A DNA stretch of 64,000 bases. It comes from Heptranchias perlo. Its lineage: Eukaryota. The notes below the pieces were generated by a model. The model was not told the origin of the DNA. It saw only the letters and a program-made list of their open reading frames with translations, and did no database searches. The stretch is taken from the NCBI RefSeq assembly GCF_035084215.1, contig NC_090362.1, forward strand, positions 14,260,001 to 14,324,000, written 5' to 3'. Below, one piece after another: positions 1 through 11,620 of this stretch (positions are counted from its first letter, which is position 1; each line of letters starts with the position of its first letter). The position numbers and the translations under genes are program-made.

Positions 1-2630
1 TCTTTGCCCTCTCTTCTCCCTCCTCTTTGCCCTCTCTTCTCCCTCCTCTTTGCCCTCTCTTCTCCCTCCTCTTTGCCCTCTCTTCTCCCTCCTCTTTGCC
101 CTCTCTTCTCCCTCCTCTTTGCCCTCTCTTCTCCCTCCTCTTTGCCCTCTCTTCTCCCTCCTCTTTGCCCTCTCTTCTCCCTCCTCTTTGCCCTCTCTTC
201 TCCCTCCTCTTTGCCCTCTCTTCTCCCTCCTCTTTGCCCTCTCTTCTCCCTCCTCTTTGCCCTCTCTTCTCCCTCCTCTTTGCCCTCTCTTCTCCCTCCT
301 CTTTGCCCTCTCTTCTCCCTCCTCTTTGCCCTCTCTTCTCCCTCCTCTTTGCCCTCTCTTCTCCCTCCTCTTTGCCCTCTCTTCTCCCTCCTCTTTGCCC
401 TCTCTTCTCCCTCCTCTTTGCCCTCTCTTCTCCCTCCTCTTTGCCCTCTCTTCTCCCTCCTCTTTGCCCTCTCTTCTCCCTCCTCTTTGCCCTCTCTTCT
501 CCCTCCTCTTTGCCCTCTCTTCTCCCTCCTCTTTGCCCTCTCTTCTCCCTCCTCTTTGCCCTCTCTTCTCCCTCCTCTTTGCCCTCTCTTCTCCCTCCTC
601 TTTGCCCTCTCTTCTCCCTCCTCTTTGCCCTCTCTTCTCCCTCCTCTTTGCCCTCTCTTCTCCCTCCTCTTTGCCCTCTCTTCTCCCTCCTCTTTGCCCT
701 CTCTTCTCCCTCCTCTTTGCCCTCTCTTCTCCCTCCTCTTTGCCCTCTCTTCTCCCTCCTCTTTGCCCTCTCTTCTCCCTCCTCTTTGCCCTCTCTTCTC
801 CCTCCTCTTTGCCCTCTCTTCTCCCTCCTCTTTGCCCTCTCTTCTCCCTCCTCTTTGCCCTCTCTTCTCCCTCCTCTTTGCCCTCTCTTCTCCCTCCTCT
901 TTGCCCTCTCTTCTCCCTCCTCTTTGCCCTCTCTTCTCCCTCCTCTTTGCCCTCTCTTCTCCCTCCTCTTTGCCCTCTCTTCTCCCTCCTCTTTGCCCTC
1001 TCTTCTCCCTCCTCTTTGCCCTCTCTTCTCCCTCCTCTTTGCCCTCTCTTCTCCCTCCTCTTTGCCCTCTCTTCTCCCTCCTCTTTGCCCTCTCTTCTCC
1101 CTCCTCTTTGCCCTCTCTTCTCCCTCCTCTTTGCCCTCTCTTCTCCCTCCTCTTTGCCCTCTCTTCTCCCTCCTCTTTGCCCTCTCTTCTCCCTCCTCTT
1201 TGCCCTCTCTTCTCCCTCCTCTTTGCCCTCTCTTCTCCCTCCTCTTTGCCCTCTCTTCTCCCTCCTCTTTGCCCTCTCTTCTCCCTCCTCTTTGCCCTCT
1301 CTTCTCCCTCCTCTTTGCCCTCTCTTCTCCCTCCTCTTTGCCCTCTCTTCTCCCTCCTCTTTGCCCTCTCTTCTCCCTCCTCTTTGCCCTCTCTTCTCCC
1401 TCCTCTTTGCCCTCTCTTCTCCCTCCTCTTTGCCCTCTCTTCTCCCTCCTCTTTGCCCTCTCTTCTCCCTCCTCTTTGCCCTCTCTTCTCCCTCCTCTTT
1501 GCCCTCTCTTCTCCCTCCTCTTTGCCCTCTCTTCTCCCTCCTCTTTGCCCTCTCTTCTCCCTCCTCTTTGCCCTCTCTTCTCCCTCCTCTTTGCCCTCTC
1601 TTCTCCCTCCTCTTTGCCCTCTCTTCTCCCTCCTCTTTGCCCTCTCTTCTCCCTCCTCTTTGCCCTCTCTTCTCCCTCCTCTTTGCCCTCTCTTCTCCCT
1701 CCTCTTTGCCCTCTCTTCTCCCTCCTCTTTGCCCTCTCTTCTCCCTCCTCTTTGCCCTCTCTTCTCCCTCCTCTTTGCCCTCTCTTCTCCCTCCTCTTTG
1801 CCCTCTCTTCTCCCTCCTCTTTGCCCTCTCTTCTCCCTCCTCTTTGCCCTCTCTTCTCCCTCCTCTTTGCCCTCTCTTCTCCCTCCTCTTTGCCCTCTCT
1901 TCTCCCTCCTCTTTGCCCTCTCTTCTCCCTCCTCTTTGCCCTCTCTTCTCCCTCCTCTTTGCCCTCTCTTCTCCCTCCTCTTTGCCCTCTCTTCTCCCTC
2001 CTCTTTGCCCTCTCTTCTCCCTCCTCTTTGCCCTCTCTTCTCCCTCCTCTTTGCCCTCCCTCCTCCCTCCGCTTTGCCCTCCCTCCTCCCTCCGCTTTCC
2101 CCTCCCTCCTCCCTCCGCTCTCCCCTCCCTCCTCCCTCCGCTCTCCCCTCCCTCCTCCCTCCGCTCTCCCCTCCCTCCTCCCTCCGCTCTCCCCTCCCTC
2201 CTCCCTCCGCTCTCCCCTCCCTCCTCCCTCCGCTCTCCCCTCCCTCCTCCCTCCGCTCTCCCCTCCCTCCTCCCTCCGCTCTCCCCTCCCTCCTCCCTCC
2301 GCTCTCCCCTCCCTCCTCCCTCCGCTCTCCCCTCCCTCCTCCCTCCGCTCTCCCCTCCCTCCTCCCTCCGCTCTCCCCTCCCTCCTCCCTCCGCTCTCCC
2401 CTCCCTCCTCCCTCCGCTCTCCCCTCCCTCCTCCCTCCGCTCTCCCCTCCCTCCTCCCTCCGCTCTCCCCTCCCTCCTCCCTCCGCTCTCCCCTCCCTCC
2501 TCCCTCCGCTCTCCCCTCCCTCCTCCCTCCGCTCTCCCCTCCCTCCTCCCTCCGCTCTCCCCTCCCTCCTCCCTCCGCTCTCCCCTCCCTCCTCCCTCCG
2601 CTCTCCCCTCCCTCCTCCCTCCTCTCCCTC
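1..2630. repeat. 23-bp polypyrimidine minisatellite with two variant blocks; runs off the window start
   Basis: Unit TCTTTGCCCTCTCTTCTCCCTCC x89 (1-2047), three transitional units (2048-2116), then GCTCTCCCCTCCCTCCTCCCTCC x22 (2117-2622). The 23-aa periodicity in all three forward ORFs confirms the period. Confidence 0.97.
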
Positions 2631-3319
2631 AATACTGTTTTTTGCCATTGCTGATGCAAATATCTTGACACTGAATGTCAGCAAACAGTCCTATCTTTGC
2701 CTGACATCCACAAGTGCACCAGCGGCAGGGTTCACTGGATCGATCAGGAGACGGATACCTGGCTGATTTATTTTTTTCACTCCTCCCCAAGCCTTGGACC
2801 CTGAGACCAATTTTGGCGCCCTACCACCCAGGCTGAGGTCAGCCACCTGTGCGCAGATTGAAGAGAATTAGTTATGTAACAGAATATTAATAATTGGCCA
2901 AGAAAGCGTGCAAAGGTTGAACCACAGAGCCTGGTGTTAGTGAATTTATTTCCATATTGAGTGGTCCATTTTCTTGCTAACTGTTTTAATTTGTTTACTG
3001 TTTGAGGGAAGTGCTGGAGAAGACAGCCATAAATAATTGAACCAGTTACATTTCATTCAGCAGCTTCAGCTTGCTTGGTGCCAAAACATGGCTTAAAAGC
3101 AAGCTGGGAAAAGGTAACGGGAGTATTTGGTGAACTGATAGATTGTGACACTCTTTGAGAAGAGAGAGGCCATGGAGGTTATCCTATCATTCTGCCTGTC
3201 TGTTCCAAAATAACTTGAACGGCTTCAAACTGTTCAACCAAACTTTACCAGCTGCCTATCTGGTAGATCCAGTCACGCCTTTTTTTCCTTGAAGTTGCAT
3301 TTGACTTTGATTTTCAAAG

Positions 3320-3710
3320 ATTTCCTCTCTCCACTCCTAAAGGTGCTAACTTTTGCCGGTGTACAGTCTGTGAGCCATAGGTACTTTGTGCAAGGCCATT
3401 CTTCCAATATGAGCTTCGACTGAGTGTTGGCAGGCTATTGGACTGCAGAGGGCATCACAGCCCAACCCAGCCCAGTCTGCTCCTTATCTGCATTGAACAA
3501 ATAGCAAGTGGTCATTGGATAGGTTGGGGGAGGGATCCCTGGCTGATTTCGCTTTTGCTCTCCCCCACCCCCTTCCCTAGCTTTGAGGCCAACGGTAGCA
3601 CTTCCACCATCTGGGTTGGGATCACGGTACAAGCTTGGGGCCCTCGCTGGTCTGTGTGGCTCATTACAAACAGTGGGCAAAGCATTTACCTGCCAAGCCA
3701 TGGGGGAATC
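3320..3710 (-). mobile_element. Old unclassified SINE-like dispersed repeat (representative copy)
   Basis: Blocks such as GGCCATTCTT, GGGCATCACAGCC and CCTGGCTGATTT recur in degraded form at about 2640-2860, 7720-7935, 24010-24350, 27590-27830, 29830-30200, 37040-37640, 41870-42100, 45570-45810, 46560-46800, 54390-54700 and 63260-63630. A B-box-like CCCAGGTTCGATCCC head is seen near 46580. Confidence 0.55.
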
Positions 3711-4279
3711 GTGAAGTATTCTTTGGACCGTTGATGTCCTGAAATTAGTAAAACCTTCCTGCTTTAATTGAACCAGATTGGAGTTGACAGGAGCAATTCA
3801 GACACAGTCTGCGTGCTGCACTTGTTAGCACCGATCCTTTGACAGCCCGTTAAACAACGAGGAGGTGGCTGGATAAACAGGTAGATATGAGGGGAGGCAG
3901 TGTTGTGGAAGTGGGATACTGAAAATCTCTTTGAGCCAGTTGTATATGGAATAGTGTACACAGAGAGTGTCCAAACTAGAGCCTTTGGGTCACATGCAGC
4001 CCCTCATCAGCCCGGTCACTCGGTCCTGTTTGCACTTGCGATTCTTGTTCGCTGGCTAGTTTGAATTTTGAGGTTGGGAAAGGTGATCCTGTACCCACTC
4101 ATAGCACAATAGCTCTCCTTAAAAGAGCGAAACAATAATTGCATGCAGCGAGGTTATCCGGGAACTAAACTGGGGTGTGGAAGTCTTGAAGCTGCATTTA
4201 AGTGGCGCCACGTGGCTCCCAAAACCTGCCAATCGGCTCGGCAAGGTCCTGAGAACTCTCACGGTATATCTCGCGTACA

Positions 4280-4415
4280 TTAGTTTGTCCTGTTTGAATC
4301 TTGTGCGTCTCGAGGTTTGGAAAGGGCTGGTTTTAGCACTGTTGCCTCATTGGTGGACAAATCTAAAATCGGTACATCCAGATCTGTAGTATCAGCGACT
4401 TGAAATGTATGTAAA
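4280..4415. repeat. Old dispersed repeat with a second copy at about 35520-35660
   Basis: Both copies share TGTTTGAAT..TGTG...GAGGTTTGGAAAGGGCTG...TGGTGGA...AGATCTG..AGTATCA..ACTTGA. Confidence 0.6.
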
Positions 4416-6079
4416 TTAACGGGAGCACTGACAAACTTTATCTGGGACCCCGAGACATTGTGGTACGGGCACTGTGCAGCCCACAAAGACAAAATGCTTG
4501 GTCAGTCTTGGTCTAGAGGTTTTCTGTACAGCCTGGGGGGCTTGCTGCAAATATTGACCCACTCCTGGGGGCACCCATCTTAATTTCTGAAAGAGAGTGT
4601 CAGCTACCCAAAGGAAAACAGTGCTGTGATTGCAGAAAATGTTTGTGTGTGTGGGTGTGTACACGCATGTACATGTACTAATCGGCCAACAAATACAGGA
4701 AAGTGTTTCTAATCCATTGTGCATCTGTATCTATATGTAACATAAGTCTTGCATTTAGCATGCGCTAACATCCTGTAACACATTCCCTATCACGCATCTC
4801 CTCTGACTCGCTGTAGCGCCAAGGGTGATCTGCTAGTGTGTATGTCCATCCGTTCGTCTGTTGTGTTCTACCCCTAGGGCAGGTCCTAACTCGAATCTCA
4901 CACATGAGATTCTTGAGCCACTTACTAGGAAGAGTAGCTAGTAGTTGATTTTCCATCACTGGCCTCATGGTTTTTATCTTTGGCGTTCCTTCTCCTAGGT
5001 GGGCTGCAATCAAGGCTAAAGAGCCCCACCTACCCTTTACGATGGGGGTGGGGGGCAGCCGCATCCATTGGATGCAAGTCCCCCTCCCTCCCGCTCACCT
5101 GCAGACGTCAACCCAATATTAAGAGCCAGCACTCCGTACGCTGGGGCTGTCTAGAGTGGAGACAGGGATCTGATGACCCTTGTGGACCCCTGTTTGAAAA
5201 GCTATGCAATATGTACACCGTGCAATCCAGTATGTCAGGAACATTTAAAATTGGGGCTCCAATTACTTATCGACTTGTCTCTGTTGCGTAAATTTAGAAT
5301 TAGTATTGACTGAATTGGTTCTTTACATATGTTGACTGTTTTAAAGGTTGGGACTATTTTTTTTTAAAAATTAGCACAGGATGCATGAACTTAGCTGAGG
5401 ACAACTAGTTTTACAATGTTGGCCCAGTTGGGAAGATTCAGGATGGACGTATTGCTATAAACAAACCACAATAAGCACAATAGCACGGTCTCATCCTGGT
5501 CCCTCCGACAGAGGAAAAGGACAGTAATATTCAGGATTGTCATTACATTTATTTAGTGCATTGGTACCAATAATCTGTAGGAAAAATCACATTTAAACCA
5601 ATGCACTTCAATTTGTGATGCTCTTAATTCATCCCGTCCGATAGCTGCCACCACCAGTGACAGACCCTGTACCCATCAGTACCTCACCCGAGTGTTATAC
5701 AGCTCAGAATGCTCTCGCCAGTCACAACCCACGTTTGGAAGGGCCGACTCTGTAATTGTACTGCTGGGTGTTTTTCCACAGTTGAAGTGGGCAGAGTGCA
5801 AGAGTTTCACACACACCAATGATTGCTAAATACTGTAAGCCCAGTGACAGCATTTGTACTATGGAAAGGAACAGTGAGCAGTAACCTCTTTAGGTGGGTG
5901 TTGGTGAGTTGTTCTAATTTCTCATAAACAGAATTAGATAGCAAAGGGACCAGATGGCACACTTTCATCTCTGGAACCTGGGTTCGATTCCAAAACTGAC
6001 TGATAGGATTTGTTCTCTCCACTCTCACTTCCCCCCCCCTCTCGCACCCCATTCCCTCTCCCAAGCCCCCCCCCCCCCC

Positions 6080-6230
6080 GGTTTGATGTGACAGTGTAGA
6101 GGGAGCTTTGCTCTGTATTTAATCTGTGCTGTACCTGACTGTGGAGAGTATGTAAAGCTATAACTGGGTGCCTGAATGTGAGGTGTGTCCTAACACCCGA
6201 CAATCCTCACCTTAATTAGCACAAACTTCA
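6080..6230 (-). mobile_element. Monomeric, diverged copy of the host element of the 67-bp minisatellite
   Basis: GTTTGATGTGACAGTGTAGAGGGAGCTTTGCTCTGTATTTAATCTGTGCTGTACCTGAC is one degenerate unit. It is followed by flank similar to 50681-50755 and 52168-52235. Confidence 0.7.
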
Positions 6231-6750
6231 CTTTTGGGGGGAGGGGGAGGTGGGTACGGGGGAAGCTGAGCTTGTGTGTGGCAGATTTTTAAAAAGTTAT
6301 TAAAAAATCTGGGCTTTGCTGACGGAAATGAAGTGGGCTATAAACAGGATGCAAAAGCCAAAAAAAAATGTAGAATGTAAAAAACTCGGCAATTATGATA
6401 AACTTGTCATGAATGCAGGCTTATTTGCTACAGGAAGTGGTCCTTTTGGATGCTGATAAAATCATTGTTGTTTGCTGCCAGTTAATGAGTTCCATGGGTT
6501 GGCCACAGAAACAAATACTGATGCTCTTCCATTTTTCCTTGCGCTGGAGGTAGTGCGTTTAGTTCCTCGTGTGTTTTATTTGTGCTTTTAGTTATATTGC
6601 GTCAAACTGCATTCGTTGTGTCAGTGGTACAATGTAATAGCGAGTGAGGCTGACTAAGTGTCTTGGGTTGTGGGTGGTGTGAGCACTGATTCCAGCGGTG
6701 GTGTACTGCCACATTTGGAGCTGTGCCACAGGCTGGTGGGTTCGTTTTTA

Positions 6751-7199
6751 ATTTCATTCTTTAGATGTGGGTGTTGCTGGCAAGGTCTGCATTTATTGCC
6801 CATCCCTAGTTGCCCCTTGAGAAGGTGGTGGTGAGCCGCCTTCTTGAACCGCTGCAGTCTGTGTTGTGAAGGTGCTCCCACAGTGCTGTAAGGGCAGGAG
6901 TTCCAGGATTTTGACCCAGTAACGATGAAGGAACGGCCAATATATGTCCAAGTCGGGATGATGTGTGACTTGAAGGAGAACTTGGAGGTGGTGTTGTTCC
7001 CATGCCATCTGCTGCCCTTGTCCTTCTAGGCGGTGGAGGCTGTGGGTTTGGGAAGTGATTGCGAGTTGCTGCAGTGCATCCTGTGGATAGTGCACACTGC
7101 AGCCTCGGTGCGCTGGTGGTGGAGGGAGTGAATGTTTAAGGTGGTGGATGGGCTGCTGATCACATGGGCTGCTTTGTCCTGGATGGTGTCGAGCTTCTT
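6751..7199 (-). mobile_element. Non-LTR retrotransposon (LINE family B, CR1/L2-group) 3' fragment
   Basis: Minus-strand translation KKLDTIQDKAA..NIHSLHH.RT.AAVCTIHRMHC. The 3' tail GGGATGGGCAATAAATG matches the copies at 18104, 48722 and 59540. Confidence 0.85.
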
Positions 7200-7561
7200 C
7201 GACAGTTGATGAAGGCGGAGCACTGTTGGGGTGTGACTCAAGTTGAAGTCCTGGCCGCTGATGGAGCAAGGAGCAGATTTTGAAGGGTTTCTCCTGCTTC
7301 TACCAAGGAAGTTCAGGGTTTCCACAGACTGAGCTATGTACCTCAGAGCCTCAATCCATATTCTGTCTTAGTCAGAGGGGAATATCACCTGGAGGAAAGT
7401 AGTTTTTTGCTGCTCAACATCGATAAAGAGAGGGACAATGTTTTCCTAAACCAGTGGCAGTCTCCAGGACTCTCAAGCCAGGGACTATGGCTTCAGGCCC
7501 TTCACCTAGATTTCTCGATTTAAAAGCTGCTGTCTGTCTGTGTACCACACGGACCAGGAGT

Positions 7562-7600
7562 GGGTTCTGACGAAAGGTCTTCGACCTGAAACGTTAACCC
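7562..7600 (+). ncRNA. Minimal type I hammerhead ribozyme motif
   Basis: Stem I GGGTT/AACCC, core CTGACGA (7567-7573), stem II AGGTC-TTC-GACCT, GAAA (7588-7591), self-complementary AACGTT in place of stem III, GTT triplet. Confidence 0.75.
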
Positions 7601-7695
7601 TTTCTTTCTTTCTCCACAGATGCTGCATCACTTGCTGAACTTCTCCAGCATTTTCTGTTTTTATTTCAGATTTCCAGCATCCGCAGTATTTTGTT
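7562..7695 (+). mobile_element. Penelope-like element terminal (pLTR) fragment, family 2
   Basis: Hammerhead motif followed by TCTCCACAGATGCTGC..TGCTGA..TCCAGCATTTTCTG. Related degraded copies lie at about 30580-30680 (-) and as an inverted pair at about 50760-50940. Confidence 0.7.
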
Positions 7696-9602
7696 TGTGA
7701 TCCAGGATTGATTTATTGTGCTCCCTAGGCTGTGCTGAGTTACTCAATCTCAACAGGGTTGTTCTTCGCGGAAAAGAGAGGGTGAAAATTGGCTAGGGTC
7801 CCGCTCCTGATAGCAATACAGGAAGTGTGTGAGTGTCTCTGGATCCTGAGTGGGGACAGGGTTGGGTTCTGTTGTGATGTGCTGTGGTAGCCTGTTGTCG
7901 AGGCTTAGGCATGAATGATGGAGACTTGGGTGAAGTATCTGCGAACGTTGGCGCAATTTCGGGGAGCCCTCCTGAGAATTCCGACCCACTCCTGGGGACC
8001 CCGTCGCAACTTCTGAAAGATGTCAGCTGCTCAAAAGAAAAACAGTGCTAAGATCACGGGATGTTTATCAGTTTACAGCAACAGAAACAAGGTGCCGTTA
8101 CTGCACTGAGGTAGAGCTGTGTCACACTTACAAGTTTCAGTGTAGAGATCCCTGTCCGCCATATGGACATGACTTATACCATATGCTCCAGGCTTGACAT
8201 CACTTTTTAAAAAAAAAATAAATTGTGAAGTAAAATAGTTTTTGTGAGGAGGGGGGGTGGCGGGTGGAAGTCATTATACAGCGCTGTTTTTCAACTGCTG
8301 TGAAGTGGTTTGTTTGAAATGAGCTTACTATGCAGCTGAATTTTGCAAAACATTTCTCGAGCTGCCTCATGGCCTTTCGATTTGTAGAGTAGTGCAGAGA
8401 CGCTGCTGATGGTGCAAATGGCAGAGTTCGGTCGCACGACGCGGCAGTGTAGCACTGCGAGCGTAAACGGAAGGTAACGCTGTCATCTCGGCTTGCCGCG
8501 TAACTCCGCCGCTTCACACTTCCGTTGCGTTTTTGGTTTTTCCGCTGTCGGTGGGTATGGGGTGGGGAGCGGGGGGGGGTGGGGGGGATCTCCCTCGGCC
8601 TCCCAGACTGTCTCTGTCAGTGCCGCAGCTTTAGAATTGTGGTTATGAGTGACATACAGCGTGTTTTCCCGTGACCCTTTAATTCTTCCATCTCTTGCTC
8701 GCTGCCCAGACCCCCTCGCATTTCGCAATGATATAAGTGCTCTATCAGTGGATGTTTTTGTTGATCTGTGTCCTCCCATCCCCATACCCCTCACCGCCCC
8801 CCCACCCCCCCCGCTAGAAAAAATAACTTCTGCGCTCAAGGGGAAACCCTGAATAACAACACAATCTGGAGCATCTTTACGGGATCAGTAATTACAGCTT
8901 GCAGGATGCCAAATAACATATTTAGGAACAAGCAAGGGTTCGACATCAAGGCCCCGCTTGATTATGCAATGGAATTGTTTTGGAGTCTGTTTTTTAAAAA
9001 AAAGGGTAAACCAGAAAGTCTTGCAGCTGACTCGACCGCTAACAGATGGCATTGAGTTTTTAAAAAGGAGGAAAGATCTGTAGCTGTTAAGCTTAAAGTT
9101 GTAAAATGCAACTGGTGATGAGTTGCAGCTTGTTCTCTGTTTTCTACATGTCTTTTTAAAAAAAATATGTTTACTCGGTTTAAGAAAACAGCACCAAGAG
9201 TGTCCTGTGTTAAATTGGGGGGGAGGGGGTCCTGTACAGTTTTGAACGCAGTTCTCCTGGTCTGCCCTGAGGTTGTGTCATTCTTGGCTCAGTGGTCACA
9301 CTCACCTCCCCGAGTCAGAAGGTCGTGGGTTCAGTCTCACTTCAGGACTTGAATGCTTAATCAAGGCTGGCACTTCAGTACAGTACTGAGCGAGTGCCGC
9401 ACTGTCGAAGGAGCCGTCTTTCGGATGCGATGTTAAAACCGAGGCTCCCTCTGCATGCTCAGGTGCATGCAAAAGATCCTGTGGTCCTGGACAATATTTA
9501 ACCCTTAGTTATCACCACCAAGAACAGATTAACTGGTCATTCTTTCATTGCTGTTTGTGGGACCACGCTGTGCACAAATTGGCTGCTTAGTTTGCCTACA
9601 AA

Positions 9603-10122
9603 GAACACTTCAGCAGTCAAGGACATTCAGCCACCGACCTTCGGGTAAGCGTACTCCAAGGCGGCCTTCGAGACACACGACAACGCAAAATCGTCGAGCA
9701 GAAATTGATAGCCAAGTTCCGCACCCACGAGGACGGTCTCAACCGGGATCTTGGGTTCATGTCACGCTACACGTTACCCCACCAGCGAACAAATGTTATC
9801 TGTTTTTAATATAACGGGTCATTTGCTGTCTTTCTCTTCCTTCCGGATGTTTCTATGTTTCTGCCTCTCTTTTTTTTGGTGTTTGTATATTCGGTGGCCC
9901 TGTAGGTAACACCTCTCTGTCTGAACGCTCTGATTGCCTTGGCAACGGGCAGTTGGAAAGACTATCTGTAATCACCAGATATTGTTCTGTGATTTATAAA
10001 TGCGATAGGTTCGAGGATTTAATTTCCACATTCATCTGAGGAAGGAGGAAGCCTCCGAAAGCTTGTGATTTTCAAATAAAATAGTTGGACTATAACTTGG
10101 TGTTGTAAAATTGTTTACAATT
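9603..10122 (+). mobile_element. Penelope-like element 3' fragment (GIY-YIG C-terminus, 3' UTR and pLTR with hammerhead motif)
   Basis: The frame from 9603 reads EHFSSQGHSATDLRVSVLQGGLRDTRQRKIVEQKLIAKFRTHEDGLNRDLGFMSRY, the HF..GH...E...I...GLN pattern of Penelope GIY-YIG ends. The pLTR matches the palindromic copies. AAAGAACA is duplicated at 9600-9607 and 10125-10132. Confidence 0.88.
10032..10068 (+). ncRNA. Minimal hammerhead ribozyme motif in Penelope pLTR
   Basis: TCAT-CTGAGGA-A-GGAGG-AAG-CCTCC-GAAA-GC-TT-GTGA. Confidence 0.65.
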
Positions 10123-10390
10123 AAAAAGAACAAGTCAGACACATGAAAGGTGCTATATAAATGCCAATTTTTTTCTTTAAGTCTTCGGGAACTGCCGTAT
10201 GGTTCTAATAATTTTTCAAAGTCCTCTTCACCCCCTCCCCTGTAAGGTGGGCATTGACGCTATGTTGTTTGACTGTTGCTCTCTCCTGCGCCATCATAGG
10301 CTGATCTCAACCCCACCACCCACCCACACCTCCACCAAGCTGCTTGGCACATTCTCCCCTGCTGCCTTGCTTCTTCCGTCCCTTCTTCAA

Positions 10391-10780
10391 TCAACAGCAA
10401 CTTGCATTTATATAACGCCTTTAACGTCCCAAGGCGCTTTGCTGGAGTGTAATCAGACAAAATTTGACACTGAGCCACATAAGGAGATATTAGGACAAGT
10501 GACCAAAAGCTTGGTCAAAGAGGTAGGTTTTAAGGAGAGTCTTAAAGGAGGAGGGAGAAGTAGAGAGGATAAGGGAGGGAATTCCAGAGCTTAGGGCCGA
10601 GGTATCTGAAGGCACAGTCGCCATTGGTGGAGCGACTAAAATCGGGGATGCGCAAGAGGCAAGAATTGGAGCAACGCAGAGATCTCGCAGGGGTGTAGGG
10701 CTGGAGGAGGTTACTGACATAGGGAGGAGCGAGGCCATGGAGGGATTTGAAAACAAGGATGAGAATTTTAAAATCGAGGC
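10391..10780 (-). mobile_element. L2 LINE 3' fragment
   Basis: Reverse complement of the L2 end: TTTAAAATTCTCATCCTTGTTTTCAAATCCCTCCATGG...AGGCGTTATATAAATGCAAGTTGCTGTTG. Confidence 0.85.
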
Positions 10781-11282
10781 CCCAGCTTGAGATCAGCTAA
10801 CATCACAGTCCAAAGATCAAACCTGGGACCTTTTTGTGCTCAGAACCACAGCTGGCAATATTTTAAGCCAGTGCGCAAGCTCTGTTTGCCTCGTTTATGA
10901 AGTCACTGCCTCTCGACTCTCTCCTTCCTCCCTTTATAGTATGGCATGTGGACCAAGCTTACAGTTTTGTGACACTGACAGCACTTTGCCAGTTGATGCT
11001 CTAAATAGAGGTGATTGCAGTAACTACCGACTCTGTACAATTTTAATTTTAAATGCGTCACAGCCCAGGATTAGCGGCAAGCCTGCATCAACACTGCTCG
11101 TGACGTTGTGTCAGGGTCCTAGGGGAGCACAGCTGGGGCAGTTCATTGCAGGAGTGAGGTGATGAATACTGGGTGTGCTCTTCCCTGTTTATTGTAGAAA
11201 TTGTGGAATGTCCCAGTTACTTGTGCTGAACTTGTTGAAAACTATTCACTCCCCCCTTGTATTGCAAGTTACTTTGGCATTG

Positions 11283-11620
11283 TCAGCTTGACTCAGTGGG
11301 CAGCACTCTCGCCTCTGAATCAGAAGGTTGTGGGTTTGTTCCACCCCAGCGATATGAGCACATAATTCAGGCTGACACTTCAGTGCAGTACTGAGGGAGT
11401 GCTAAACTGTCGGAGGTGCCGCCTTTCAGAAGAGATGTTAAACCGAGGCCCCGTCTGCCCTCTCGGGTGCACGTAAAAGACCCCATGGCACTATTTGAAG
11501 AAGAGCAGGGGAGTTCTCCCCGGTGTCCTGGCCAGTATTTATCCCTGAACCAACACCACTAAATATTGATTAACTGGTTATTAACTGGTCATTATCACAT
11601 TTCTTTTTGTGGGACCTTGC
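11283..11620 (+). mobile_element. Deu-domain SINE (SacSINE1-like), 3' truncated
   Basis: tRNA-like head plus Deu core GAGGTGCCGCCTTTCAGAAGAGATGTTAAACCGAGGCCCCGTCTG. Confidence 0.85.

Larger units (their letters stand above)
9280..10170 (+). mobile_element. Deu-domain tRNA-derived SINE (SacSINE1-like) interrupted by a Penelope fragment
   Basis: TGGCTCAGTGG A-box and GGGTTCA B-box head, Deu core GCCGTCTTTCGGATG..GTTAAA.CCGAGG. The tail GAAAGGTGCTATATAAATGC resumes after 10132. Confidence 0.85.

Noticed and set aside
4-2766. Three overlapping 870-920 aa Pro/Ser/Leu ORFs
   Set aside because: Artefact of an A-free 23-bp repeat that cannot contain a stop codon. All three frames give the same periodic peptide.
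8409-8475. ATG...AAG|GTAACG as coding exon 1 of the receptor
   Set aside because: The peptide MVQMAEFGRTTRQCSTASVNG is not a signal peptide and ends in phase 2, whereas the exon needs phase 1. The phase-1 frame has a TAA just upstream.
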